From an uncultured Solirubrobacteraceae bacterium (lineage in GTDB: Bacteria; Actinomycetota; Thermoleophilia; Solirubrobacterales; Solirubrobacteraceae): 64,000 nucleotides of DNA. Below the pieces are notes generated by a model. It saw only the letters and a list, made by a program, of their open reading frames with translations, did no database searches and had not been told where the DNA came from. This document shows, piece after piece, positions 35,120-44,939 of the stretch. The stretch lies in assembly GCA_963756235.1 (NCBI GenBank), contig CAVWNB010000004.1:1413913-1477912 (forward strand), read 5' to 3'. The position numbers and the translations under genes are program-made. Within the stretch, counting starts at the first letter, position 1; every line of letters starts with the position of its first letter.

Positions 35120-36799
35120 CTACGTCGGGCGCGGCGCGCCCGTCTCGACGTAAAGCCGCTGAACCTCGCGCAGCCACCTCGCCGGAATCTCCTCCTCCAA
35201 GCGCTCAAGGAACGTCGCCGTCGCGTCCCTGGATGCGGGACGGAGCGGCGGCGAGGCGTTCTCGGGCAAGCTGTGTGGATCGAGCGCCCGTGTGATCTGA
35301 CTCGCGAGCTCTGGTCGTGGCGCGTAGGCCATGTACTGTTCGGTCGTGTTCAGGCGGGTGTGGCGCATGAGCGCCTGGATCGTCCTCACGTCTACGCCCT
35401 TGGCGGCCAGGCTCGTGCCGAACGAGTGGCGCAGGTTGTACATCTTGATCGGCTTCAGGCCAGCCTTCTGCCGTGCGAGCTTGAATGCTTCGCGGAGGGG
35501 CCGCTGGGGCACCGGCCTGTCCGGAGTGAGCTCGGACACGAACACGAAGTCCTCGTCGTCGGCCGCGTAGCCGCGCTGCTTGAGCTTTGTCAAGGCGCGA
35601 GTCAGCCGGGGCGTCACGGGGATGGCCTCCGAGTCGGAGGTCTTGGTCGTGTCGAGCTCGCCCAGCACCCAGTTGTCGTAGGGTCGGACGACAAGCGCGT
35701 TGAAGTCAACGGCGCCCCATTTCAGACCCAGGGCCTCGCCGGGGAGGCGCAGACCAGCGTGGGCTCCACAGAGCCAGAACACTTCCTCGAAGATGCCAGG
35801 GGCGTAGGCGAGGAGGCCGTCGACCTCGTCGGGGTCGTAGAAGTCCTCGCGGCGCAGGATGCGTTCGCGCTCCTCGCGCTTGCTGGTGCGCTTGACCTCG
35901 GCCAGCGGGTTCACGTCGAGCCAGCGCTTGCGCATGGCATAGTCGAGCGACGCTGAGAGGATGTCGCGGTACGAGTTGCGGGTCTGGGCGGCGGCAGTGG
36001 CCACGAGCATCCACGGCTTCGTCTTGCGGCGGGCGACGATCCAGCCTTCGGCTTCGAGGGCCTTGGCCTTCGCGAGCGAGACGCGACGGGGCCGCTGGGC
36101 GTTCAGCGGCACGACGCGGTAGGCGCCGCGGCGCCGGTGCTTCCACGTCCCCGGCAGCTCGTCCGCGAGCCGCACGGCCTCGGCCTTGGTGACCACCTCG
36201 ACCGAGGCGCTGCCAGGCGACTGCGCCGTCCAACGCTCGACCTCGATTCGGCGAACGTCCTTGCCTTCTCCACGGGCCTTCTTCGCCGACTTCTCGCCAA
36301 GCACCTTGTAAGACTTGAAGTCCTCGAAGTAGGCGCACAGGCGACCGTCGGCAAGATCATGAACGGGAGTATCGGCGCCCAGGTCGCGGTACAGCCGCGC
36401 GAACATGTCATCGTAGCCGGCGAGAGTTGAGCGCTTCAGGCCTTTCTCACGGCTGCGCTCGGCCACCCACCCTTCGGTCACGTCTCTGAGCGTCGCCTGC
36501 TGCTCCTCGGCCTCGGCGAGTTCGGTCTTGCCCGCCAGTTCGTGCAGGATCGCATCCAGGCGCTCCTCGGCGTCCCTGGGCGTAAGGTGCTCGGGCGTCG
36601 GGCGGGGGCCGTGGCCCGCGCGCCAGATGATCGCGCCCCGCGGCGTCTTGCGCCCAGAGTCACGGACGTGCGCCGGACCGAGCCGACGTCCACTGCGCTT
36701 GCCGGTCTGGTCGCGCCAGAATGCCCAATACGATCGCGCGTGACCGTTCCGATCCGTCTTTACCTGAAGATGCCCCGTAGGGCGAGATATGCCGCTCAT
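35120..36799 (-). CDS. tyrosine recombinase/integrase 2
   Basis: Full-length paralog of integrase 1 with the same catalytic motifs. Confidence 0.92.
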   Translation of the reverse strand: MSGISRPTGHLQVKTDRNGHARSYWAFWRDQTGKRSGRRLGPAHVRDSGRKTPRGAIIWRAGHGPRPTPEHLTPRDAEERLDAILHELAGKTELAEAEEQQATLRDVTEGWVAERSREKGLKRSTLAGYDDMFARLYRDLGADTPVHDLADGRLCAYFEDFKSYKVLGEKSAKKARGEGKDVRRIEVERWTAQSPGSASVEVVTKAEAVRLADELPGTWKHRRRGAYRVVPLNAQRPRRVSLAKAKALEAEGWIVARRKTKPWMLVATAAAQTRNSYRDILSASLDYAMRKRWLDVNPLAEVKRTSKREERERILRREDFYDPDEVDGLLAYAPGIFEEVFWLCGAHAGLRLPGEALGLKWGAVDFNALVVRPYDNWVLGELDTTKTSDSEAIPVTPRLTRALTKLKQRGYAADDEDFVFVSELTPDRPVPQRPLREAFKLARQKAGLKPIKMYNLRHSFGTSLAAKGVDVRTIQALMRHTRLNTTEQYMAYAPRPELASQITRALDPHSLPENASPPLRPASRDATATFLERLEEEIPARWLREVQRLYVETGAPRPT

Positions 36800-36975
36800 G
36801 ATGCCTATAGACCTCCATCGACTCGAACCGGCCAACAAGGTTCGAGATGAGGGGCGAGCGACGTGCCGCGATTTCCCTGCGATTTCCCCAACGGGCCGGG
36901 CGAAGGCCGTGCAAGGCCCTGCTACTCGGGTCAGAACCGCCGTAACCAAGCCAATCCGAGGTCAAGGCAGACGCA

Positions 36976-37016
36976 TCATAATCCGCGTGTCGGGGGTTCG
37001 AGTTTCTCCTCCGGCA
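36976..37016 (+). repeat. att site 2 (tRNA 3' half)
   Basis: tcataatccgcgtgtcgggggttcgagtttctcctccggca. Confidence 0.88.
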
Positions 37017-37060
37017 CTGCCGCAAAGCCTTTTCCCAAGCGGTTTTGACTTGAGCATCGG

Positions 37061-37603
37061 TCACGGCTTGGGCGCAAAACCACGTCTGATCCACGCCCGG
37101 TAGGCGTCGTAGAAAGCCGCGAAATTGCCAGACACGATGAGCGCAGACTCGTGCACCTGTTCGGCAGTGGCCGTTGCGTATTCGTGGACGAGCATGCGCC
37201 GGAGTTCCCGAAGTCGTTGCAGTCGGCGAGTCAGCTCGGCTGAGATCACACCGACATCCCTCAGCGCATCGAGATCGCGTCTCGCGTTGGTCTCATCGCG
37301 ACGCGCACGAAGCTCGGCGAGCTCCAGTCCGAACGCGGCGAGCTCGGCGATGTAGTTGTAGAGCTGATCGACGCCCCGCTCGACTGCCTTCACACGGTTG
37401 AGCTCGACGGGATCCTCCGACGAGTAGGCCGCACGAAAGGCATCCAGCTCAAAGTCATCGCCAAACTCCGCCATCGCCGTGCGCAGCGCAAGCAGATGGC
37501 GGCGCACATCGCTGACTCGATCGCCGATCTTCGCCTTCAGCGCCCTCGCACGCTGGGCGTCATTCGCCTCGAGCGGGGCGGGGGACGATGCACCGCGAGT
37601 CAT
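37061..37603 (-). CDS. HEPN (DUF86/HepT-like) ribonuclease toxin
   Basis: AVER, LRELRRMLVHEY (R-x4-H). Confidence 0.8.
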   Translation of the reverse strand: MTRGASSPAPLEANDAQRARALKAKIGDRVSDVRRHLLALRTAMAEFGDDFELDAFRAAYSSEDPVELNRVKAVERGVDQLYNYIAELAAFGLELAELRARRDETNARRDLDALRDVGVISAELTRRLQRLRELRRMLVHEYATATAEQVHESALIVSGNFAAFYDAYRAWIRRGFAPKP

Positions 37604-38151
37604 GCGGAGTGATCGTCGAGATCGGGCTCGTCAATCGCAGCAGCTGAGGATCGTTCGATGCTGCGGGCGAGCAGCCGCCATCTCGGAGCGCGCCTTCTCA
37701 AGGCGGGCCAGAGATCATCTCGATCGACAAGCACGCGCCCATGATCGATCACGTCGGTCATGAGAACCGGCGAGGTCTGCGCCTCCGAAAGCCGTACAAG
37801 CTGCATCTCGCGACCGATACTGCGGGAGAGTCGCTCTGAGAGTTCCGCCAGGCGGCTTATGCTCGGATCGTGCAACACAACGAGGACATCGACGTCTGAC
37901 TGCTCATCGTCGTTCCCGATGGCCTTAGAGCCGAACAGCACCGCAAGTCTGACGTTGGGCTCGGTGCGAAGCGCTGCGCGCAGCGCCCGCAACAGCTCCC
38001 AATGAGTGCGCAGGTACGCCTCCTCGCGAAACGTAATACGAAACCGGCGCGGGCTCAGACGCTCTCCGTGCACCAGTCCCTCGGATGCTGCGCGACGCAG
38101 CGTGCGCTCGGGGATCTCAAGTTCGGATGCGGCTCGCCGGAGAGAGTCCAT
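37600..38151 (-). CDS. MNT nucleotidyltransferase antitoxin with N-terminal HTH
   Basis: VLFGSKAIG....SDVDVLV; N-term SLRRAASELEIPERTLRR. Confidence 0.85.
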   Translation of the reverse strand: MDSLRRAASELEIPERTLRRAASEGLVHGERLSPRRFRITFREEAYLRTHWELLRALRAALRTEPNVRLAVLFGSKAIGNDDEQSDVDVLVVLHDPSISRLAELSERLSRSIGREMQLVRLSEAQTSPVLMTDVIDHGRVLVDRDDLWPALRRRAPRWRLLARSIERSSAAAIDEPDLDDHSA

Positions 38152-38240
38152 GCTGCGACTGTACCGTGGTATGGCCGATAATTCAATCTCGTGTGGCCGC
38201 TAAATCATGGCCATGTGGCCGATCCCCGCAGGAGCAGCGA

Positions 38241-38278
38241 CATGATCCGCGTGTCGGGGGTTCGAGTCCCTCCCCCGG
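38241..38278 (+). repeat. att site 3 (degenerate tRNA 3' half)
   Basis: catgatccgcgtgtcgggggttcgagtccctcccccgg. Confidence 0.8.
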
Positions 38279-38801
38279 AGTTGTGACAATTTCGCACGAG
38301 CTAGGCTGGGGCTAAGTGGGGTTCTGAATAGAGAGCCGGCCCGTAGCGGCGCGCGGGTCGAGTCCTCGAACAGCGTTCGCGGCTAGCGCACCTTGCGATA
38401 GGCGGCTACACGTCGAGGCGCGGCGGCGAAGCGCGGCTGGTAGTAGAGGTCCGCGGCGATGTCCACGAGAATGGTCGCGTCACGGTCGCTCACGGCCTTC
38501 AGCGGCCCAGACGAGCCGAACGCGTTCGCCAGCTGTGCGCTCCGACCCCCCGACACGCCGCCAGCCGGTAGTCATGCCGCAGCGTTGTGCGACTGTGCGA
38601 GTCGGTCCTCCGGCATCGTCCCGAAGCGGCGGGCGTCCTGCGTTCGCCTGTGAATGATTTGGCAGCAAGCTGCTGCCAAATCCAGCACTGTGCGCCCCAT
38701 GTAGGGGCGGTCGAGCCCCGAGATATACGCCGAAGCATCACGGGGTGCGAGCGGTGGGGCCGCCTCAGGACGACGGCCTATGGGTTCGATAGACCTATGG
38801 C

Positions 38802-39086
38802 ATGCCCGACGCGATTATCGAACTGCTCGTCACCGAGGTTGCGATCAACAAGCTCGGAGCCCGCGGCATCTCGACGAACGATGCACGCCAGATCCCTCGA
38901 AACGCTCACGTCGTCGTGCGCAACCCACACAAGACGCCCGCCGGCAAACGTCGACTGCTCATCGGCCGCACCGATGGTGGACGGGCCTTGACGCTGGTTA
39001 TCGAGCAGACCCTCGACCCGACAACGTGGCTGATCATCACCGGCTGGGATTCCTCTCCACGCGAGCGTAAACTGCTTAGGAGCTGA
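38802..39086 (+). CDS. BrnT-like toxin
   Basis: KL..RGIS, RRLLIGRTDGGRALTLV, IITGWD...ER. Confidence 0.7.
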   Translation: MPDAIIELLVTEVAINKLGARGISTNDARQIPRNAHVVVRNPHKTPAGKRRLLIGRTDGGRALTLVIEQTLDPTTWLIITGWDSSPRERKLLRS

Positions 39087-39088
39087 AC

Positions 39089-39316
39089 ATGACTAACGAT
39101 CCTTGGACAGACCCCGATCCCCAGCTTGGCGATTTCGATGCTGACCTGACAGCTGTCGATCCACGGTACGTCGAGGCACATGTCGGCAACCCGGACGCCA
39201 AGCTGACGATCGTCGTCGGCATCGAGGATGAGGACGCCGAGCGGCTACAACAACTCGCCGCACGCCGCCACCAGCGGCCTGCCGAGGTGGTCGCGGATCT
39301 GCTCCGCAGCGCCTGA
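39089..39316 (+). CDS. putative antitoxin (RHH/CopG-like C-terminus)
   Basis: Small acidic protein right after the toxin; LQQLAARRHQRPAEVVADLL. Confidence 0.65.
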   Translation: MTNDPWTDPDPQLGDFDADLTAVDPRYVEAHVGNPDAKLTIVVGIEDEDAERLQQLAARRHQRPAEVVADLLRSA

Positions 39317-39451
39317 CCGACGCGAAGCGCCGCCCCTGACTCGCCAGCGATAGCGCCGGGCAAGCGCACGAAGCTCACCAGCTCTCACGTAGTCGCTTGT
39401 CGGGCCGCTTCAACCGATGTAGCACCGGACTCCGCCGTTACGATCAAGCCA

Positions 39452-40336
39452 ATGGCCGAGCGCCCCGAGTCGGCGGGCCGCGTCGGCCCGCTCGCCCGCG
39501 CCCCCTCGGGCGGCCTGGTGATCAGCGCGATCGCCTCGGTGCAGTTCGGCTCGGCGTTGGCGGCGACGCTGTTCCACCAGCTCGGGCCCGGCGATACGGT
39601 CTTCCTTCGCTTGGCCTCGGCGGCGGTCATCCTCGCGCTGCTGCGGCGACCGCGGCTGCGCGGGCACACACCGCGTGAGCTGCTGCTCGCGGCGGCCTTC
39701 GGGCTCGTCCTGGCCGCCATGAACCTGAGCTTCTACGAGGCCATTCACAGAATCCCCCTGGGAATCGCGGTGACGATCGAGTTCGTGGGACCGCTCGCGG
39801 TCGCCGTGGCGGGCTCGCGGCGGCGTATCGACCGCGTCTGGGTCGTGCTCGCGCTGGCGGGCATCCTCGCGCTGACCCGCGGCACGACGGCCGGGCTGAA
39901 CGGCCTCGGCATCGCGCTCGCGCTCCTCGCGGGCGGCCTGTGGGGGACGTACATCCTCCTCAACGCCCGGCTCGGGCGAGCCTTCGAGGGCTCGTCCGGG
40001 CTGACGCTCGCGATGTGCGTTGCGGCGCTGGCGGCGCTCCCGGTGGGCATCGCCGGCGGCAGCCGTCTGCTGGAGCCGGCCTCGCTTGCGCTCGGGTCCG
40101 CCGTCGGCGTCCTCTCGTCGGTGATCCCGTACTCGTTCGAGCTCGAGGCGCTCCGGCGCATCCGAGCTCCGACGTTCGGCGTGCTCATGAGCCTCGAGCC
40201 CGCAGTCGCGGCGCTGGCCGGCTTCCTCGTGCTCGGCCAGGATCTCGGCGCCCGCGCGCTGCTCGGTATCGCGCTGGTGGTGATCGCCTCGGTCGGAGCG
40301 TCGCGCAGCGCCACCGAGGCTCCGGTCGCCCTTTGA
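39452..40336 (+). CDS. EamA/RhtA-family transporter
   Basis: SVQFGSALA, RIPLGIAVTIEFVGPL, PYSFELEALRR, LMSLEPA. Confidence 0.9.
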   Translation: MAERPESAGRVGPLARAPSGGLVISAIASVQFGSALAATLFHQLGPGDTVFLRLASAAVILALLRRPRLRGHTPRELLLAAAFGLVLAAMNLSFYEAIHRIPLGIAVTIEFVGPLAVAVAGSRRRIDRVWVVLALAGILALTRGTTAGLNGLGIALALLAGGLWGTYILLNARLGRAFEGSSGLTLAMCVAALAALPVGIAGGSRLLEPASLALGSAVGVLSSVIPYSFELEALRRIRAPTFGVLMSLEPAVAALAGFLVLGQDLGARALLGIALVVIASVGASRSATEAPVAL

Positions 40337-40456
40337 CGATTGGGCTCGGGCGCGGAGTCTCTATGCTGTATGTCTGCTGCTCTTCGGGTCTCTCAGGCTC
40401 GCTCTCTATCCGCCGAGCAGCGAATCCCTTCCGAGAGCGCCGAAGGAAACTGTGGG

Positions 40457-42175
40457 ATGGCAGGTCCAGGTCCGATGAGCCCAGAGGCCGAAGGGCCGTG
40501 GCTGCGACGGCTGCTCGACGTCGGCTACACGCTGACGACCGAGCTCGACCAGCGCGTCGTGCTGGACCGCGTCTTGGAGACGGCGCGCGAGATCACAGGC
40601 GCGCGGTATGCCGCGGTCGGGATCTTGAACGAGCGGCGGACCGAGCTGGCGCAGTTCCTGACCTCGGGCGTGGACGATGCCACGCATCATGCGATCGGAG
40701 ACCTCCCACGCGGGCGCGGTGTGCTGGGTGCGCTGATCGAGAAGCCGCAGCCGCTGCGCCTCGGTGACGTGGGCCAGCACCCGACCAGCTACGGCTTCCC
40801 TGCCGGGCATCCCGTGATGCGCGGCTTCCTCGGCGTGCCGGTGGTGATCCGCGGGCACGTGTGGGGCAACCTGTATCTGACGGAGAAGGACGAGGGCGAG
40901 TTCACCGAGGCGGACGAGGAGGCGGCGGTGATCCTCGCGCGGTGGGCGTCGATCGCGATCGAGAACGCGCGGCTCTATGAGACCAGTGAGCGTCGCCGCG
41001 AGGAGTCCGAGGGGACCGCGCGCGGCCTCGAGGCAACCCGCGACGTCGCAGCCGCGATCGGCGGCGAGATCGCTCTGGAGCACGTGCTCGAGCTGATCGC
41101 CAAGCGCGGGCGTGCGCTCGTGCGCGCCAAGAGCCTCGTGATCATGCTCCGCGAGGGTGAGGAGCTGGTCGTGCACACCAGCGCCGGCCACGTCCGGGAG
41201 ATGCGGGGCGTCAGGCTGCCGATCTCCGGCTCCACTTCGGGGCAGGTGCTTGAGCGCCGGGTGCCCGAGCGGATCACCGACGTCGCCGCGAGGCTGCGGA
41301 TCGACCCGAGCAAGTTCGGGGTGAGCGACCCGCAAACCGCGCTGCTCGTGCCGATGCTCTATCGCGGCGACGCGGTCGGCATCCTGGCGGCGTTCGATCG
41401 CGATGAGGACGGAGGGCTGTTCGACGAGGACGACGAGCAGACGCTGCGCACGTTCGCTGCGAGCGCCGCGACCGCCGTGACGCTCGCCCAGAGCGTGGCG
41501 GCCGACCGGCTGCGGAGCTCGCTCGCCTCCGCCGAAGGCGAGCGGCGTCGCTGGGCGCGCGAGTTGCACGACGAGACATTGCAGGGCCTGGCCGGCCTGC
41601 GACTGCTGATCTCCGCGGCACTGCGCCGCAAAGATCCCGATCAGCACGAGCAGACGATGCACACTGCGGTCGAGCACATCCAGCGAGAGATCGAGAACCT
41701 GCGGACGATCATCACCGAGCTTCGCCCCGCGGCGCTGGACGAGCTCGGACTGAAGATCGCGATCGAGACGCTGCTCGACCGTCACCGCGAGCAGGGCGGG
41801 CTGCAGATCGCCGGCGAGCTGACGCTGCCGAACCCCGAGAATGGAGCAGCGCGGCTCGACCGTGACCTGGAGAGCGCTGTCTACCGCCTCGTGCAGGAGG
41901 CCCTGACGAACGTCGCAAAGCACGCCGAGGCGAGCACCGTGCGCGTCACCGTCGCCGAATCCGACGGAGCGCTTCAGGTCGAGGTCCAAGACGACGGCAA
42001 GGGCTTCGACCCCGAAGCCGCCAGCCAAGGCTTCGGACTGGAAGGGATGCGCGAGCGGGTCAGCCTCGCGGGCGGCACGCTCAGCATCAGCCCCAGCGAG
42101 CCTGGAACACTCGTTAGTGCGCGCCTGCCGATCGGCGCTACCGCGGGCGTGCCGATACACCAGGCGGCGGGCTAG
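40457..42175 (+). CDS. double-GAF sensor histidine kinase (DosS/DevS-like)
   Basis: GFPAGHPVMRGFLGVP..GNLYLTEK, ARELHDETLQ, QEALTNVAKHA, DDGKGF, GFGLEGMRER. Confidence 0.9.
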   Translation: MAGPGPMSPEAEGPWLRRLLDVGYTLTTELDQRVVLDRVLETAREITGARYAAVGILNERRTELAQFLTSGVDDATHHAIGDLPRGRGVLGALIEKPQPLRLGDVGQHPTSYGFPAGHPVMRGFLGVPVVIRGHVWGNLYLTEKDEGEFTEADEEAAVILARWASIAIENARLYETSERRREESEGTARGLEATRDVAAAIGGEIALEHVLELIAKRGRALVRAKSLVIMLREGEELVVHTSAGHVREMRGVRLPISGSTSGQVLERRVPERITDVAARLRIDPSKFGVSDPQTALLVPMLYRGDAVGILAAFDRDEDGGLFDEDDEQTLRTFAASAATAVTLAQSVAADRLRSSLASAEGERRRWARELHDETLQGLAGLRLLISAALRRKDPDQHEQTMHTAVEHIQREIENLRTIITELRPAALDELGLKIAIETLLDRHREQGGLQIAGELTLPNPENGAARLDRDLESAVYRLVQEALTNVAKHAEASTVRVTVAESDGALQVEVQDDGKGFDPEAASQGFGLEGMRERVSLAGGTLSISPSEPGTLVSARLPIGATAGVPIHQAAG

Positions 42176-42190
42176 CGCAAACTCGTCCTC

Positions 42191-42670
42191 TCATCTCCCG
42201 GTGAGCGACCGTCGCCGAGCGGCGACGCGCGGGCTGACGTACTCCTCCCCATGCGCGGCAGCCCACACAGCCGGCGCCAGCTCGGTGTCGGCCTGATCCT
42301 TCAAGACGAAGCCGAGCGCCCCGGCGGCCAGCATGTGCTGTGCGACGACCGGGCTCTCATGCATGGTGAGGAGCACCACCTGCGTGTCGGGCGCTCGTCC
42401 ACGTAGCTTGCCGATCGTCTCGCGGGCAGCGTCGCCCAGCATGCCGAGGTCGAGCACGAGCACATGCGGTCGCTCGCGGACTTGACGTAGAACCGACTCG
42501 AGGTCATCTGCCTCAGCGACCACCTCGATGCCCTCCTCCGCATCCAGCAGCACTCGCAGGCTGCGACACAGCAAAGCGTGATCCTCCCCCAGAACGACTC
42601 GAATCGGCGAGGACGCCAAAGACTCCAGCACCCCGTCGGCCGGAAGCGACACCAGGTGCAAGTCAGCCAT
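42191..42670 (-). CDS. NarL-type receiver domain protein lacking the HTH
   Basis: EDH, VLVLDLGM, LTMH, GFVLKD; ends after the receiver domain. Confidence 0.75.
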   Translation of the reverse strand: MADLHLVSLPADGVLESLASSPIRVVLGEDHALLCRSLRVLLDAEEGIEVVAEADDLESVLRQVRERPHVLVLDLGMLGDAARETIGKLRGRAPDTQVVLLTMHESPVVAQHMLAAGALGFVLKDQADTELAPAVWAAAHGEEYVSPRVAARRRSLTGR

Positions 42671-42933
42671 GCGCTTCAGCGTCCGGCGGCGTGTACAGCT
42701 CGTGCGCAACCTGCTCGGCCCAGGCGCGAATCTGGTAGTCGCCGCTCACGGCCTGCTGCCCCGCACGTCAATGCGAGGCGGCACCCGTCGGATGGGATGG
42801 CACGCCATATCGCAGAGCATGCGCGAGCGAGCACCGGATGGCATCAGGAGAGTGCCGACCTCCGCGGCGGCGAACTACGGAGCTCGATCGCGCCAGAGGC
42901 GGCCGCGGAGCCGGATATACACTGCCGCGTTGT

Positions 42934-43398
42934 ATGGCACCTCGCGCCAGCCAGATTGGCGGCAACGCGACCCACTGTGCACTGGTGCTCGCCGCCACCG
43001 CCTCGCTCGCGGTCATTCTGGGGCTCTCCACAGCGCCAGGCGCCGCCGCCTCGAAGCGCAGCAGGATGGCGAGCAGCTGCCCGAGGCAGGCCAGGGCCGC
43101 CCTGCCGCTGTCTGCCAACGCCCGCCGACACGCCGCACGGGCAGCGCTGGCGGCGGCACCCGAGCGCTACAGGGGCCTCGATGTGGAAGGCGCGACGGTC
43201 GTCTGGTCGAAGCTCGCGACCAAAGCGGGACCGCGCGGCGAAGAGGTCGCCTTCCAGTGCGGCAAGACGATCCGGGCGAGGACCGTAGTCGTGGAACTTT
43301 GCTTCCCGAAGGAGCTGCCGAGCGCGAGCCTGTCCGAGGGAGTCGTCTTCGTCTCGCGCTTCACGCGCGGCTACCGGGTCTGGGAGGTCGCCCACTGA
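42934..43398 (+). CDS. secreted hypothetical protein (start approximate)
   Basis: Signal-peptide-like segment; LPSASLSEG...YRVW. Confidence 0.5.
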   Translation: MAPRASQIGGNATHCALVLAATASLAVILGLSTAPGAAASKRSRMASSCPRQARAALPLSANARRHAARAALAAAPERYRGLDVEGATVVWSKLATKAGPRGEEVAFQCGKTIRARTVVVELCFPKELPSASLSEGVVFVSRFTRGYRVWEVAH

Positions 43399-43426
43399 CC
43401 GGCCGCGAGACGGCCGACCGGCGCCC

Positions 43427-44500
43427 TCAGCCGAGCGGCGCAGGGCGCCGTCCCTGACTCGTCGCGAGCTTCGTCTCGTACAGATGCTTGTCGGCCCGCG
43501 CGAGCGGCGCCGCCAAACCCTCGTCGCGCAGCCACTCGCTGATACCGATCGACCATGCAACGGGGTCATCGCCGCTGCACAGGCGTTTGAGCACGGCGTC
43601 CGCGCCTGCCGGCTCGGTGCCGGGCAGCAGCAGCACGAACTCGTCGCCGCCGTGGCGTGCAAGCACGTCGCTCGGGCGCATGCGCTCGCGCCACTGCCGG
43701 CCGAGGCCGGCGAGCAGCTTGTCGCCGGCGGCGTGACCGGCGCTGTCGTTGATCTCCTTGAAGTTGTCGAGGTCAATCACCGCCAGCGTCAGCGGCGTGC
43801 CCGTCCGATTCGCAACCGCGCGCTCGCGCTGCGCGGCCGCCAGGAAGCCGCTGCGGTTCAGCAGCCCGGTGAGCTGATCGGTGCCGATCTGGCGGCGAAG
43901 GCTCTCGCTGAGGTTCCCCAGCAGGATGCAGATCGACCAGATCGTGACGGTGACCACCAGCCAGTAGACGATCACGTGCGACAGGTGCCCGAGCAGCAGT
44001 CCGGCGCCGAAGCCCACCGAGATCAGGAGCCCGAGGACGTTCACTGCTCGTCGCGGAAAGAAGTGGGCGGCGTAGATCACGATCCAGGGGTACGCGAACG
44101 CCGCGAGCATCATCCCCCCGTCGGTGCTCGCGCGCGTGATCAGAGCGCTCGTGGCAACCGCGCCCGCGCCCGCGAGCAGCTCGAAGCCGAGCAGGCTGAT
44201 TCGGGTTGCGAACAGCCAGATGACGAAGCCGCCGAGTATCGTCACGACACCAGCAGCGGCAATGAGCCGCGTCGGCTCGCTGGCGCTGATCGGGAACACA
44301 ACCGTCGCGAGGGCGATCAGCGCCTTGAACTCGAACAGCAGCGCCAGCGACCACGCCATCGCCGGGCGATCGGCCGTCACGCGTCGTGCGAACGCGCGCA
44401 GCAGCGCGGGACCGGCCGCGCGCGGCGGCATCTCTGCGGCGAGCCCTGACTCCGTGAAGCCCGGCCGCTGCCAGAGCAGCTGAGACGATTCAGTGCGCAT
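43427..44500 (-). CDS. membrane-bound diguanylate cyclase
   Basis: TM helices, DQLTGLLNR, DLDNFKEIND..GH..GD, RHGGDEF. Confidence 0.9.
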   Translation of the reverse strand: MRTESSQLLWQRPGFTESGLAAEMPPRAAGPALLRAFARRVTADRPAMAWSLALLFEFKALIALATVVFPISASEPTRLIAAAGVVTILGGFVIWLFATRISLLGFELLAGAGAVATSALITRASTDGGMMLAAFAYPWIVIYAAHFFPRRAVNVLGLLISVGFGAGLLLGHLSHVIVYWLVVTVTIWSICILLGNLSESLRRQIGTDQLTGLLNRSGFLAAAQRERAVANRTGTPLTLAVIDLDNFKEINDSAGHAAGDKLLAGLGRQWRERMRPSDVLARHGGDEFVLLLPGTEPAGADAVLKRLCSGDDPVAWSIGISEWLRDEGLAAPLARADKHLYETKLATSQGRRPAPLG

Positions 44501-44594
44501 CGCGTGTCCATATATTCGTCTCGACGATGTGCGCGCTTGAGGAATGACGCCACCGGCACGGACATGTGGCTGCCTCTTGCGTCATTGCAGATTG

Positions 44595-44921
44595 CGCCGC
44601 GGCGGCGCCGTCGCGAGGCTGGGCGGCGACGAGTTCGCGGTGCTCATGGAGCCCTCACCCGACTCGCCGGCGGGGGCGCTGGTGCTCGCCGACCGCGTGC
44701 TCGAGGCGGTGCGCGACGAGCTAACGGCGATCGTCAACATCGGCCGCGTGCTCTCGCTCGTCACGATCGCGGAGGGAATCGAGCAGCCAGAGCAGCTGGC
44801 GATGGTGCGAGAGCTGGGCTACGACCTCGTCCAGGGCTACCTGCCGGGTCGTCCTCAATCCAGCGAGGAGTACGCACGCCTGCTCGCGAGCGACGCGGTG
44901 TCGCTCATCGCGAGCGGCTGA
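44595..44921 (+). pseudogene. GGDEF-EAL remnant with a large internal deletion
   Basis: VARLGGDEFAVL joined directly to the EAL C-terminus IAEGIE..EQL...GYDLVQGY. Confidence 0.7.
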
Positions 44922-44939
44922 GCTCGCCGCAGATCGCGG

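Larger units (their letters stand above)
31953..37016. mobile_element. ~5 kb satellite island (AbiE TA + integrase) between att1 and att2
   Basis: Bounded by direct repeats of the tRNA 3' end; has its own integrase. Confidence 0.8.

Noticed and set aside
38281-38297. CRP-like site TGTGAcaattTCGCA
   Set aside because: The spacer is 5 bp rather than 6 and there is no clear target gene.
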